64,000 nt of DNA from contig JAENYO010000001.1 of the NCBI GenBank assembly GCA_016841745.1, forward strand, positions 601,463 through 665,462. The letters are read 5' to 3'. Positions 1 to 8,677 of this stretch are shown one piece after another. The position numbers and the translations under genes are program-made. Each line of letters begins with the position of its first letter. Position 1 is the first letter of the stretch. A model generated the notes under the pieces. The model was given only the letters and a program-made list of their open reading frames with translations, made no database searches and was not told the DNA's origin. This stretch comes from Acetomicrobium hydrogeniformans. Its GTDB lineage: Bacteria > Synergistota > Synergistia > Synergistales > JAFGMB01.

Positions 1-1
1 G

Positions 2-1408
2 CGCTTTCCGGCTGGGCAGATATGTATCGATGACCGGGGAAGGGTTGCCGCTGCTGCTCTCAGCCTCATCATTGATTACGCAAGTTATGGGGATAATCAT
101 ACATACCTCCAGATCGTGGGTGACGGGATGCTGAAGAACCACGATCCTGACGGAGATTTTCTTTACGGGATAGATATATTTGTTGATCCGGATTATCGGG
201 AAATGCGACTGGGCAGACGTCTTTACGACGCCCGAAAGGAACTTTCAGAGAATCTGAACCTCAAGGGTATCATCATAGGAGGACGAATCCCGGGTTATGC
301 GGAATATGCAGAAGAAATGGCTCCCCGGCAATACATCCTCCAGGTGAAGAACCGGGAGATAAATGATCCGGTCCTGACCTTTCAACTGAGCAATGATTTT
401 CATTTCAAAAAGGTAGCAAGGAATTACTGGCCGGCAGATAAAGAGTCAAGGGGAGTCGGAGTGATCCTTGAATGGAATAACATTTACTACGAGGAAAAGA
501 AAAGGCTTATTCCCAGGGTCAAGACCTACGCAAGGATAGGTATCGTGCAATGGCAGATGAGACTCTTTGATTCCTTTGAGGAATTTCTCCACCAGGTAGA
601 ATTTTTTGTAGATGTTCTGGCCAGCTATAACGCCGATGTAGTAATGTTCCCGGAACTCTTCAACCTGCCCCTGATCGCCCATTACGACCAGGAAGATGCT
701 GCGGAAGCCATGAGATCTCTGGCTGAACATACTGATCATCTCCGGGAAGAACTTCTCAAGATGGCGGTCAGCTATAACATAAATATCATTTCCGGCAGCG
801 TTCCGGAATACGGGGATAACAAGCTTCACAATGTGTGTTTTCTACTCAGAAGAAACGGGACATGGGACAAGCAGTACAAGCTTCATATAACTCCTGATGA
901 ATACAAATTCTGGGGACTGCAGGGAGGAGATCAGCTGAAGGTTTTCGATACAGATGTGGGAAAGATAGGTATCCTTATATGTTATGACGTGGAGTTTCCT
1001 GAGCTTCCCCGCTACCTGGCCGAACAGGGAATGAATATACTCTTCATCCCCTTCTGGACTGATACCAAAAATGCTTACCTGCGGATAAGGCGATGTTCCC
1101 AGGCAAGGGCTATTGAGAATGAATGTTATGTTGCCATCGGGGGAAGCGTCGGGAACATACCCAAAGTTGAGAACATGGATATTCAGTATTCCCAGGCTGC
1201 GGTATTCACCCCTTCGGATTTTGCCTTTCCCCATGATGCCATTGCCGCAGAAGCGACACCAAATACGGAAATGACCCTTATCGCGGATCTGGACGTTAAT
1301 CTTATAAAGGAGCTCAGACAGACCGGAAGTGTACGTAACCTGCAGAGCAGAAGACAGGATCTTTACCGTATCGAGTGGATGAAGGGGTTGAAAAAAAAGG
1401 GCGATTAG
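2..1408 (+). CDS. bifunctional GNAT-family N-acetyltransferase / carbon-nitrogen hydrolase (nitrilase superfamily); 5' end cut by the window edge
   Basis: The frame is open from nt 2, with no stop upstream of the GTG at 116 used by the ORF track, so the gene starts outside the window. The N-terminal part has a GNAT acetyl-CoA loop context (FVDPDYREMRLGRRLYDARKE). The following ~270 aa show nitrilase-superfamily Glu/Lys/Cys contexts (VVMFPELF, QYKLHITP, IGILICYDVEFPE). Stop TAG at 1406-1408. Confidence 0.8.
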   Translation, partial: RFPAGQICIDDRGRVAAAALSLIIDYASYGDNHTYLQIVGDGMLKNHDPDGDFLYGIDIFVDPDYREMRLGRRLYDARKELSENLNLKGIIIGGRIPGYAEYAEEMAPRQYILQVKNREINDPVLTFQLSNDFHFKKVARNYWPADKESRGVGVILEWNNIYYEEKKRLIPRVKTYARIGIVQWQMRLFDSFEEFLHQVEFFVDVLASYNADVVMFPELFNLPLIAHYDQEDAAEAMRSLAEHTDHLREELLKMAVSYNINIISGSVPEYGDNKLHNVCFLLRRNGTWDKQYKLHITPDEYKFWGLQGGDQLKVFDTDVGKIGILICYDVEFPELPRYLAEQGMNILFIPFWTDTKNAYLRIRRCSQARAIENECYVAIGGSVGNIPKVENMDIQYSQAAVFTPSDFAFPHDAIAAEATPNTEMTLIADLDVNLIKELRQTGSVRNLQSRRQDLYRIEWMKGLKKKGD

Positions 1409-1533
1409 TGTTTTTGACAGGCTTAAACAGATCCGGGCAGGCTATTTCAACGAAAAGGCATTAATATCCGCTCAGGGCTAATGATTTTCCTGGCTGTGAA
1501 TTTTTACAGCATTTTCGGGATACAGATCGGAAA

Positions 1534-2511
1534 TTACTTCGAAAAACGTCTCTGGTGCCAGTTCCAGGCGGTGGAGACGATCTCCTTTATGTCGGTATGT
1601 TTTTGAACCCAGCCAAGTTGACTTTCAGCCTTTGCAGAGGATGCAACAAGAACTGCCGGATCTCCCTGTCTTCTTTTACCTTCAACCACCGGAATTATCC
1701 TTTGGGTAACCTCTCTGACACTTTCTATGATCTGTAAGACGGAATATCCCTTTCCATTACCCAGGTTATAACTGCTCTTCCCTCGTTGTCCTGAAAGCAA
1801 TTTTTCAAGACCAAGGACATGGGCACTGGCTAGGTCAGTAACGTGAATGTAATCCCTTATACAGGTTCCATCGGGAGTTGTATAGTCATTTCCGAAGACA
1901 GTAATGTTCTCACGTTTGCCCAGAGCTACATCCAGGATAATGGGGATAAGATGTGTTTCCGGGATATGGTCCTCTCCTGTTCTTCTGTCAGCGTCCGCCC
2001 CCGCGGCGTTGAAATACCGAAAGGCGATACTATCCAAACCATAGGCATTGCTGTATCTTTCAAGCATGGTCTCGATGAAGAGCTTGGTTTCTCCATAAAC
2101 ATTTGTCGGGACCAGTTCTGCCGATTCTGAAACGGGGACATGTTCAGGTTCTCCGTAGACAGCAGCAGTGGATGAAAAGACTATTCTGTTCACATCGTTT
2201 ATCCGCATGGCCCGAAGGAGGTTGAGGGATCCAAAGAGGTTATTGTAATAATAATCTTCGGGGCTTGTCATTGATTCACCAACCAGACTGCTGGCGGCAA
2301 AGTGAACAACTGCTTCGATATTATATTTTTTAAAAACAGTATCTATGAATGAAAAATTCTGGAGGTCCCCCTCCTCAAAAACATCTCCGAAAGCCAGCTC
2401 TTTATGGCCCCTGCTCAGGTTATCTAAAACTATAACCTCTTTTCCTGTCTTGTTAAGTTCGAGAACAACGTGGCTTCCTATGTATCCAGCCCCTCCGGTT
2501 ACAAGGATCAT
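1534..2511 (-). CDS. galE: UDP-glucose 4-epimerase
   Basis: MILVTGGAGYIGSH Rossmann motif, YGETK (YxxxK) catalytic context, and full-length resemblance to GalE (325 aa). GGAGG lies 9 nt upstream of the ATG at 2511. Confidence 0.9.
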   Translation of the reverse strand: MILVTGGAGYIGSHVVLELNKTGKEVIVLDNLSRGHKELAFGDVFEEGDLQNFSFIDTVFKKYNIEAVVHFAASSLVGESMTSPEDYYYNNLFGSLNLLRAMRINDVNRIVFSSTAAVYGEPEHVPVSESAELVPTNVYGETKLFIETMLERYSNAYGLDSIAFRYFNAAGADADRRTGEDHIPETHLIPIILDVALGKRENITVFGNDYTTPDGTCIRDYIHVTDLASAHVLGLEKLLSGQRGKSSYNLGNGKGYSVLQIIESVREVTQRIIPVVEGKRRQGDPAVLVASSAKAESQLGWVQKHTDIKEIVSTAWNWHQRRFSK

Positions 2512-2595
2512 CTATAAAAACCTCCTGCTGTTACGGTAATAACTTCACCTGGAAACTTATACCAGGGCATATCTTTTCGTAAAGATCTATTGTTG

Positions 2596-3621
2596 TTAAA
2601 GGTTTGAGATATACCAGTCAAATGCAGTTGCAATGCCTTCTGATACTGAATGGGTAGGCTCATATCCAAGATATTTCCGAATCTTTTCGATACTTGCCCA
2701 GGAGTGTTTTATATCACCTGCCCTTGGTGAAAAATATCTGGGCATTACAGCTTCGAACTCCGGATTTCTCAAAGATAGGTGTCCCTTTATGAGAGCAAAC
2801 AGTTCGTTAAGATCCATAGACCTTTCACAGGCAACATTAAAGACATTTCCTCCTACTTCTCCATTCTCTGAACAGGCAGCCAGGATATTGGCCTGCACTA
2901 CGTTTTCCACATAACAGAAGTCACGGGTCTGTGCTCCATCTCCGTATATGATGGGCTGTTTCCCCTCCATAAATGCCGAGATCCATTTGGGAATTACCGC
3001 GGCATAGGCTCCGTCGGGATCCTGCCTCGGGCCAAAGACATTGAAATAACGCAGGCCAACTGTTTCCAGTCCGCAGCTTTCGAAAAAGAAACGTGCGTAC
3101 ATTTCATCCATAAGTTTTGTAAGTCCATAGGGGGAAATGGGATGACATTTCATTTCTTCGTGTTTTGGAAGTTCCGGGTCATTTCCGTAAATGGCGCTTG
3201 AAGATGCATATACCACCCTTTTTACTCCGCTATCTTTTGACGAGGCAAGGATATTCAGCAAGCCATCAACATTGACTCTATTGTTATATATCGGGTCTTT
3301 GACGGAGGCTGGAACACTTACCTGGGCTGCGTGATGAAGGACATTTTCAATATCTTTACATGCGGATGTACAGGTTTCCAGGTCGGTTATATCGCCTTCA
3401 ATGAAGGTAAACCGGGCTGCCTGTTCCAAGGTAATACAGTCCAGTACCTGGTTGATATTCTTTCTGTATCCAGTGGAAAGGTTATCCATTCCTGCAACGG
3501 TCTGGTCAAGTTCGAGGAGTTTTCTCACGATGTTAGAACCTATAAAACCGGCAGCACCAGTTACCAGCCATTTCCGGGGCATGGATCGAAGTTTCTGCTG
3601 AATTTCTGAATAAGTAGACAT
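2596..3621 (-). CDS. NAD-dependent epimerase/dehydratase, WbpP/TviC-like UDP-N-acetylhexosamine C4-epimerase
   Basis: LVTGAAGFIGSN Rossmann motif and YGLTK (YxxxK). The N-terminal extension and overall pattern are typical of WbpP/TviC-type extended SDRs. SD GAGGTGG lies 4 nt upstream. The gene is co-directional with galE, 84 nt downstream of it. Confidence 0.8.
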   Translation of the reverse strand: MSTYSEIQQKLRSMPRKWLVTGAAGFIGSNIVRKLLELDQTVAGMDNLSTGYRKNINQVLDCITLEQAARFTFIEGDITDLETCTSACKDIENVLHHAAQVSVPASVKDPIYNNRVNVDGLLNILASSKDSGVKRVVYASSSAIYGNDPELPKHEEMKCHPISPYGLTKLMDEMYARFFFESCGLETVGLRYFNVFGPRQDPDGAYAAVIPKWISAFMEGKQPIIYGDGAQTRDFCYVENVVQANILAACSENGEVGGNVFNVACERSMDLNELFALIKGHLSLRNPEFEAVMPRYFSPRAGDIKHSWASIEKIRKYLGYEPTHSVSEGIATAFDWYISNL

Positions 3622-3651
3622 TTAACCACCTCAAAAAATAATGAACCATTT

Positions 3652-3673
3652 TCACCGCAAAGCCGCAAAGAAA
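3652..3673. repeat. copy of the dispersed CACCGCAAAG / CCGCAAAG intergenic repeat
   Basis: The sequence tCACCGCAAAGCCGCAAAGaaa lies in the rpoD / epimerase intergenic region. The same 11-mer TCACCGCAAAG recurs at 6290-6300, at 7767-7777 and, inverted, at 7949-7959. Confidence 0.5.
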
Positions 3674-3837
3674 CCCTATTACCTTTTTGTAAAACCTGCT
3701 GTGAAAAATCAGGCTCGATTTTTCACGAAAAAAACCAAAGCCCAACAACGTTGATGGGCTGAAGCTTATCCCACGATTTTAATCAAGTTTTTTTGATGCG
3801 CTGAAGCGCATCCTATACAAAAATTTTATTATAACAA

Positions 3838-3859
3838 GGGGAGGCCCATGGGCCTCCCC
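3838..3859 (-). terminator. stem-loop terminator downstream of rpoD
   Basis: GGGGAGGCC-CATG-GGCCTCCCC, a perfect 9-bp GC-rich stem, lies 18 nt after the rpoD stop. It is followed on the minus strand by a T-rich run (TTGTTATAATAAAATTT). Confidence 0.65.
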
Positions 3860-3876
3860 TTTATGTATTGTTATTT

Positions 3877-5115
3877 TTAATCGAGGAAATCGCGGAGTTT
3901 TTTGCTTCTGCTGGGATGACGTAGTTTCCTGAGGGCCTTGGCCTCGATCTGGCGTATACGTTCACGGGTTACACCGAAACGTTTACCCACTTCTTCCAGG
4001 GTATAGGAACGTCCGTCCTCCAGTCCGAAACGATAATGAAGGACTTCCTTTTCCCTCTCAGAAAGAGCTCCAAGCATTTCCTCGATCTGCTCCCGCAAAA
4101 GATGACCCGCTGCAGATTCTTCAGGACTCGGAAGATCTCTATCCTCAATGAAATCTCCAAGCTGACTGTCTTCCTCTTCGCCTATGGGCGTTTCCAGGGA
4201 AACAGGGAGCTGGGCGATGCGGCGGATCTCTTCTACCTTACCCTCCTCAATTTCCATTTCCCTTGCTATTTCATCATCTGTGGGTTCCCTGCCCAGACGC
4301 TGTACCAGCTGTCTTGAGATCCTTACCATCTTATTGATGGTCTCCACCATGTGAACAGGAACTCTTATGGTCCTGGCCTGGTCTGCTATGGCCCTGGTTA
4401 TGGCCTGGCGTATCCACCAGGTGGCGTAGGTACTGAACTTGAATCCCTTGCGATAATCGAACTTTTCCACTGCCCTGATAAGGCCAAGGTTGCCTTCCTG
4501 GATCAAGTCCAGGAAAAGCATTCCTCTACCTATATATTTCTTGGCTATACTTACGACAAGGCGGAGGTTGGCATCAACTATCTTCTTTTTGGCAAGGGGA
4601 TCCCCTGCCTCTACTCTCTTGGCAAGTTCTACCTCTTGAGTCGGGCTGAGAAGAGGTACTTTACCTATCTCTCTCAGGTACATTCGTACAGGGTCTGTCA
4701 AGGGAATATCGTCAAGCTTTCCAAGTTCTGAATCTTCTGCTGTTCCTACGAGGGAAGCTTCACCGCTAACAGCTTCTTCTTCCTTCTCTTCTTCTACGAC
4801 CCTTATTCCCAGTTCCATAAGGTTTGTAACTACGTTTTCGAGGATTTCCGTACTCCAGATCTCAATGGGAATAAATTTTTCAATATCCTTCTGGCTTACA
4901 AAACCCTTTTCCCGTCCTTCATGGATAAGTTCACGGATCTTGTCCATGTAACCTATGAGATCTTCATTGGAAAATTCCCTGGCATCAAGTTGCTGGTTGT
5001 TATTATCGTCCTTGATATCCATAGGCAGTAATTTCCCTCCAGTTTTTAAACTCGCGTTGAATTTTTTACCCTTAATCTCAAATCTTGAATGTTTGGATAG
5101 AAATTCAGACTGCAT
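3877..5115 (-). CDS. rpoD: RNA polymerase primary sigma factor (sigma-70 family)
   Basis: Region 2 [27 protein letters not shown]; region 4.2 [29 protein letters not shown]; acidic N-terminal region. The start is ambiguous: the ATG at 5115 has no SD, while the ATG at 5020 (MDIKDD...) has GGAGGG 12 nt upstream. Confidence 0.92.
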   Translation of the reverse strand: MQSEFLSKHSRFEIKGKKFNASLKTGGKLLPMDIKDDNNNQQLDAREFSNEDLIGYMDKIRELIHEGREKGFVSQKDIEKFIPIEIWSTEILENVVTNLMELGIRVVEEEKEEEAVSGEASLVGTAEDSELGKLDDIPLTDPVRMYLREIGKVPLLSPTQEVELAKRVEAGDPLAKKKIVDANLRLVVSIAKKYIGRGMLFLDLIQEGNLGLIRAVEKFDYRKGFKFSTYATWWIRQAITRAIADQARTIRVPVHMVETINKMVRISRQLVQRLGREPTDDEIAREMEIEEGKVEEIRRIAQLPVSLETPIGEEEDSQLGDFIEDRDLPSPEESAAGHLLREQIEEMLGALSEREKEVLHYRFGLEDGRSYTLEEVGKRFGVTRERIRQIEAKALRKLRHPSRSKKLRDFLD

Positions 5116-5207
5116 ACTGCGGAGTGTTAGAATAGGATAACTCTTTTTGGCAGTTTATGCAACAAAGGGACATTGTACAGGAATAACCATAAAATTGCAC
5201 GTCCTGC

Positions 5208-5235
5208 AATAAAACTGTCCACAGAGAGGGACAGT
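5208..5235 (-). terminator. candidate rho-independent terminator
   Basis: ACTGTCC-N8-GGACAGT (7-bp stem), followed on the minus strand by TTTTATT. A second small hairpin (ATTGCA-N5-TGCAAT, 5194-5210) follows directly. The element lies about 280 nt downstream of the stop at 5518, which is unusually far. Confidence 0.45.
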
Positions 5236-5517
5236 TTGTTCACTTTATTCTGATGAGATTTGATCTACCCTGGAGATCAGGATGATGACCTTAACTTTCT
5301 GCCAGGACTGCAAGAGAATCGAAGAACTGCCAGGATTTTTTGAAATTACTGAACTTGAATATGCGTTTAATGTACGGAACCTTATCCTGGACACACACCC
5401 AAAGAGGTACCTGATCCAGTCAGGACTTCACCTCATCTGAATTCCAGGGAGGTAAACCCCCTCACAGGGTACATACTTTTTTAACTTGATTTCTTTTTAA
5501 TATTTCCTTTGCAGACT

Positions 5518-6192
5518 CTATTCTTCCTCCTTGAGCATAAGACCAATTACTTCGGGGAGAGATCTTTCAGGTGAAGGTCCTACTGTTTTTCGAGTTTCCT
5601 CAAATTCCATTTCATATAGGTAACGGGATATCTGGAGACTTGTAGGATTGTCAGTTTCAAAAGGTATGAAGAACCTGGTGTAACCGAATTTTTCTGCAAA
5701 AAAGGTCATGGAAGAACTTGTATCAGAAACTATTTTCATAGCCTTTATAAGAAGAGTAAAGAAACTTTCTTCATCGAACAGGGGATTTGTGCTAACAAGT
5801 ATTATTGATTTAAAACTGTCGAGGAAGAGATCATTATTCCATAACGTACAGGTCGTGATACCTCCATTTATGCCCTGGATTCCCTTCAACAGGCTGAAAA
5901 GAAGGGATTCCATTTTATGTGAGTAACCGAAAACCATGGTAAAACCCAGGTCAACCTTTATATCCTTACCAGGAATAAGCATGTTATCCCGCAGGAGAGA
6001 ACCTACATAACCGCTTTTAAGACTTGTAAGACAGAACAACTCGCTGTCCAGGTCAAGAGACAGGCTGGCAATGTTCTCCAGAACATTACTATGATATGCA
6101 TTTATGGAAACAGGCTTGTAATCTTTGCCAAGGGGGAACCATGAAACGATTCTTAGATCTACGTTGTGGTCCCAGTAATTCATTGACGCCAT
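5518..6192 (-). CDS. hypothetical protein (no family recognised)
   Basis: Long ORF with typical codon structure. GGAGG lies 7 nt upstream of the ATG at 6192 (MASMNYWDH...). The track start at 6231 lacks an SD. Confidence 0.6.
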   Translation of the reverse strand: MASMNYWDHNVDLRIVSWFPLGKDYKPVSINAYHSNVLENIASLSLDLDSELFCLTSLKSGYVGSLLRDNMLIPGKDIKVDLGFTMVFGYSHKMESLLFSLLKGIQGINGGITTCTLWNNDLFLDSFKSIILVSTNPLFDEESFFTLLIKAMKIVSDTSSSMTFFAEKFGYTRFFIPFETDNPTSLQISRYLYEMEFEETRKTVGPSPERSLPEVIGLMLKEEE

Positions 6193-6289
6193 TAATTGTC
6201 CTCCGGAATTGAAGCATAAGTTGTGTCCCATTATACGGCAGTTGTGGCATTATAGCTGTTAAATCGTAAAAAGAAAAGACAACATCTAT

Positions 6290-6300
6290 TCACCGCAAAG
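6290..6300. repeat. copy of the dispersed CACCGCAAAG repeat
   Basis: TCACCGCAAAG lies in the intergenic region upstream of the MATE gene. It is followed by GCTGAAG-containing sequence (6340-6350) that also occurs near the 3652 copy (3764, 3800). Confidence 0.4.
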
Positions 6301-6401
6301 ATACTGTAATGAAAACTTTGAAGCTTTTTGAAGTAGCTGAAGGCGCAGGGAAAAGAAGTGTTTCTGCTATACTTTAACAGAGATGATGGGGGGGTATTTC
6401 A

Positions 6402-7748
6402 ATGGCAGACAGATCTGATTTTATGGGAAATGAGGAAATTGGTTTCCTGCTTTTCAGGCTGTCCTCTCCGGCAATGATCGGGATGATGGTTCAGGCTACC
6501 TACAATCTTGTTGATACTTTTTTTGTAGGAAGAGGGGTAGGGGTTCTTGCCATAGCCGGTCTGTCAATTGCATTTCCACTTCAGATGATAATAATGGCCA
6601 TTGCCCAGACCATAGGTATCGGTGGTTCCTCCATAATTTCCCGAAGTCTGGGCGCCAGGAAATACAGCAGGGCTAACAGAACTCTGGGGAACATGATAGG
6701 AACAGTGATCCTGCTTAGTCTTATCATTGCAGTTGTTGGCCTTGTCTGGCTGGAACCGATCCTTTTACTTTTCGGGGCAACAAAGGATATTCTACCTTAC
6801 GCCTCGGACTATATGGCCATTATCTTTCTTGGGACTGTCGTTTTTGCCTTTTCCATCACATCCAACAATGTCGTCAGGGCTGAGGGCAATGCAAAATTCG
6901 CAATGATGACAATGCTTATCTCGGCGGGGGTAAATATGCTCCTCGATCCCATTTTTATTTTTATTTTTCATATGGGTGTTAAGGGCGCTGCCTATGCAAC
7001 CATTATTTCACAGGGATGCACAGCCCTGTGGCTTGCCTGGTATTTTCTTTCCCTCCGAAGCAGCCTACGGCCAGGTCTTAAGGATCTTTATCCTGACCTC
7101 GGTATACTGAAGGAAACATTCGCCATAGGAGCATCTGCCTTCATGCGCCAGGGGGCCGCCAGCCTTACAGCAGTCATAATGAATCACAGCCTTGGTATTT
7201 ACGGGGGAGATATGGCCATCGCTGCCTTCGGAATAATCCGAAGACTCATGATGCTGGCAATAATGCCCATCTTTGGCATAGTACAGGGGTTACTTCCCAT
7301 TGTGGGCTACAATTTCGGGGCAAAAAAATACTGCAGGGTTCAAAGGGCTATTCAACTTGCGATAATAGTGTCTACTGGCATCTGTGTTTTAAGTTTCGGC
7401 GTTCTTTTCTTTTTCCCATCGTGGATACTGAGTCTATTTACATCAAACCCGGAAGTATTGAGGATCGGTTCTCACGCTTCCAGAATAATAGCACTGGGAC
7501 TTCCTGTTGTAGGATTCCAGGTAATGGCATCCGGCATGTATCAGGCCATAGGCAAGGCCATCCCTGCCCTTATGCTTTCAATGGCCAGACAGATCTTTTT
7601 CCTTATACCCCTTGTCCTTGTGCTTCCCCTGATCTGGGACCTGGAGGGTATATGGGTTGCCTTCCCCGTAGCAGACGTTGGAGCATGTATCGTGGCATTG
7701 TTCCTTTTTCGGGGTGAAATGGAATATCTGAAGAAGGGGTGTTTGTGA
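6402..7748 (+). CDS. MATE family efflux transporter
   Basis: 448 aa with about 12 hydrophobic helices. The N-terminal pattern LFRLSSPAMIGMMVQATYNLVDTFFVG is typical of NorM/DinF-type MATE proteins. The stop is TGA. Confidence 0.9.
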   Translation: MADRSDFMGNEEIGFLLFRLSSPAMIGMMVQATYNLVDTFFVGRGVGVLAIAGLSIAFPLQMIIMAIAQTIGIGGSSIISRSLGARKYSRANRTLGNMIGTVILLSLIIAVVGLVWLEPILLLFGATKDILPYASDYMAIIFLGTVVFAFSITSNNVVRAEGNAKFAMMTMLISAGVNMLLDPIFIFIFHMGVKGAAYATIISQGCTALWLAWYFLSLRSSLRPGLKDLYPDLGILKETFAIGASAFMRQGAASLTAVIMNHSLGIYGGDMAIAAFGIIRRLMMLAIMPIFGIVQGLLPIVGYNFGAKKYCRVQRAIQLAIIVSTGICVLSFGVLFFFPSWILSLFTSNPEVLRIGSHASRIIALGLPVVGFQVMASGMYQAIGKAIPALMLSMARQIFFLIPLVLVLPLIWDLEGIWVAFPVADVGACIVALFLFRGEMEYLKKGCL

Positions 7749-7766
7749 GGACAATCAAAAACTGTT

Positions 7767-7959
7767 TCACCGCAAAGACGGCAAGGCCGCAAAATCGACC
7801 ATGAAATGATATTCCTGGCACCAAAGCTTTGCTTTGTGCCATATCAAAACCTTAAGATTCAGATGGATCGATCCATTCATGACAGATATGGCAATAAAAC
7901 GAAACCAAATAATCCAAAGTATTAAGGTTTTCTTTGCGGACCTGGCAGCTTTGCGGTGA
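7767..7959. repeat. MITE-like non-coding element bounded by inverted copies of the CACCGCAAAG repeat
   Basis: Left arm TCACCGCAAAG-acggcaagg-CCGCAAA (7767-7793). Right arm, reverse-complemented, TCACCGCAAAG-ctgccaggt-CCGCAAA (7959-7933). Internal hairpin GGCACCAAAGC-TTT-GCTTTGTGCC (7817-7840) and 14-nt palindrome ATGGATCGATCCAT (7863-7876). CTGTTTC occurs at both outer edges (7762-7768 and 7962-7968). Confidence 0.5.
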
Positions 7960-8047
7960 GGCTGTTTCATTGCACTACTCTTGCCTCCCAATGCAGAGAT
8001 GGTAAAATTGTCTGGCCCTAAAGAAAAGGAAAACTAAGGAGAAAAAC

Positions 8048-8677
8048 ATGCTTTCAGCTGTAGTTTCGTGGCTTGTCAACACAATTGGTCAGTTGGGATA
8101 TACAGGTATTGTCTGCCTGATGTTCCTTGAGTCATCCTTCTTTCCTTTTCCAAGCGAAGTCGTCATCCCCCCTGCTGGATACCTGGCTTCCAAAGGACAG
8201 ATGAATATTTTTCTGGTAGTGATTATGGGTATCCTTGGAAGCCTTCTGGGCGCCCTTTTCAATTACTGGATTTCCCTTAAGGTCGGTAGACCCTTTTTCA
8301 ACAGGTATGGCAAATATTTTCTTGTTTCAACCCGCACCCTTGACAAGGCTGAGGAATATTTCCAGAAACACGGGCACATCAGCACCCTGATCGGGAGACT
8401 CCTGCCTGGCATAAGGCAGTATATATCAATACCAGCCGGTGTTGCCCGAATGAACATTATTCAATTTACCATTTTCACAGCCTTGGGTTCAGGGATCTGG
8501 GTCCTGATCCTGGCAGTTCTGGGTTACGCCGTAGGTTCAAGTGAAAGCCTTGTAAATATCTACCTCCACAGGTTAACCATTATCCTGATCCTTTTCTGTT
8601 TCGCCCTTGGAGGGACATACTTTATATTTCATAAAAAGAAGGAGAAAAAAGAGACAGGCAAAAACCGGTCTCTTTAG
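8048..8677 (+). CDS. DedA family (VTT-domain) membrane protein
   Basis: The patterns [19 protein letters not shown] and [20 protein letters not shown] are characteristic of DedA/SNARE-associated proteins. AAGGAG SD. Confidence 0.9.
   Translation: MLSAVVSWLVNTIGQLGYTGIVCLMFLESSFFPFPSEVVIPPAGYLASKGQMNIFLVVIMGILGSLLGALFNYWISLKVGRPFFNRYGKYFLVSTRTLDKAEEYFQKHGHISTLIGRLLPGIRQYISIPAGVARMNIIQFTIFTALGSGIWVLILAVLGYAVGSSESLVNIYLHRLTIILILFCFALGGTYFIFHKKKEKKETGKNRSL

Noticed and set aside
3795-3812. Hairpin GATGCGC-TGAA-GCGCATC, considered as a second rpoD terminator
   Set aside because: The adjacent T-run precedes the hairpin on the plus strand, which puts an A-run after it on the minus strand. That is the wrong polarity for termination in either direction. 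It is more likely part of the decayed repeat containing GCTGAAGC.
5282-5440. 52-codon plus-strand ORF (MMTLTFCQDCKRIEELPGFF...), considered as a real small gene
   Set aside because: It has only a weak GGAG, a single CxxC, no terminator and no recognisable family. It is not reported as a feature, and is mentioned only within the spacer finding.
7421-7991. ORFs 7421-7717 (+), 7541-7792 (-), 7603-7842 (-) and 7767-7991 (-)
   Set aside because: The first three overlap the 3' end of the MATE gene in other frames or on the opposite strand. The last is made of the CACCGCAAAG repeat element (FAVK-type translation). None has an SD or any family resemblance.
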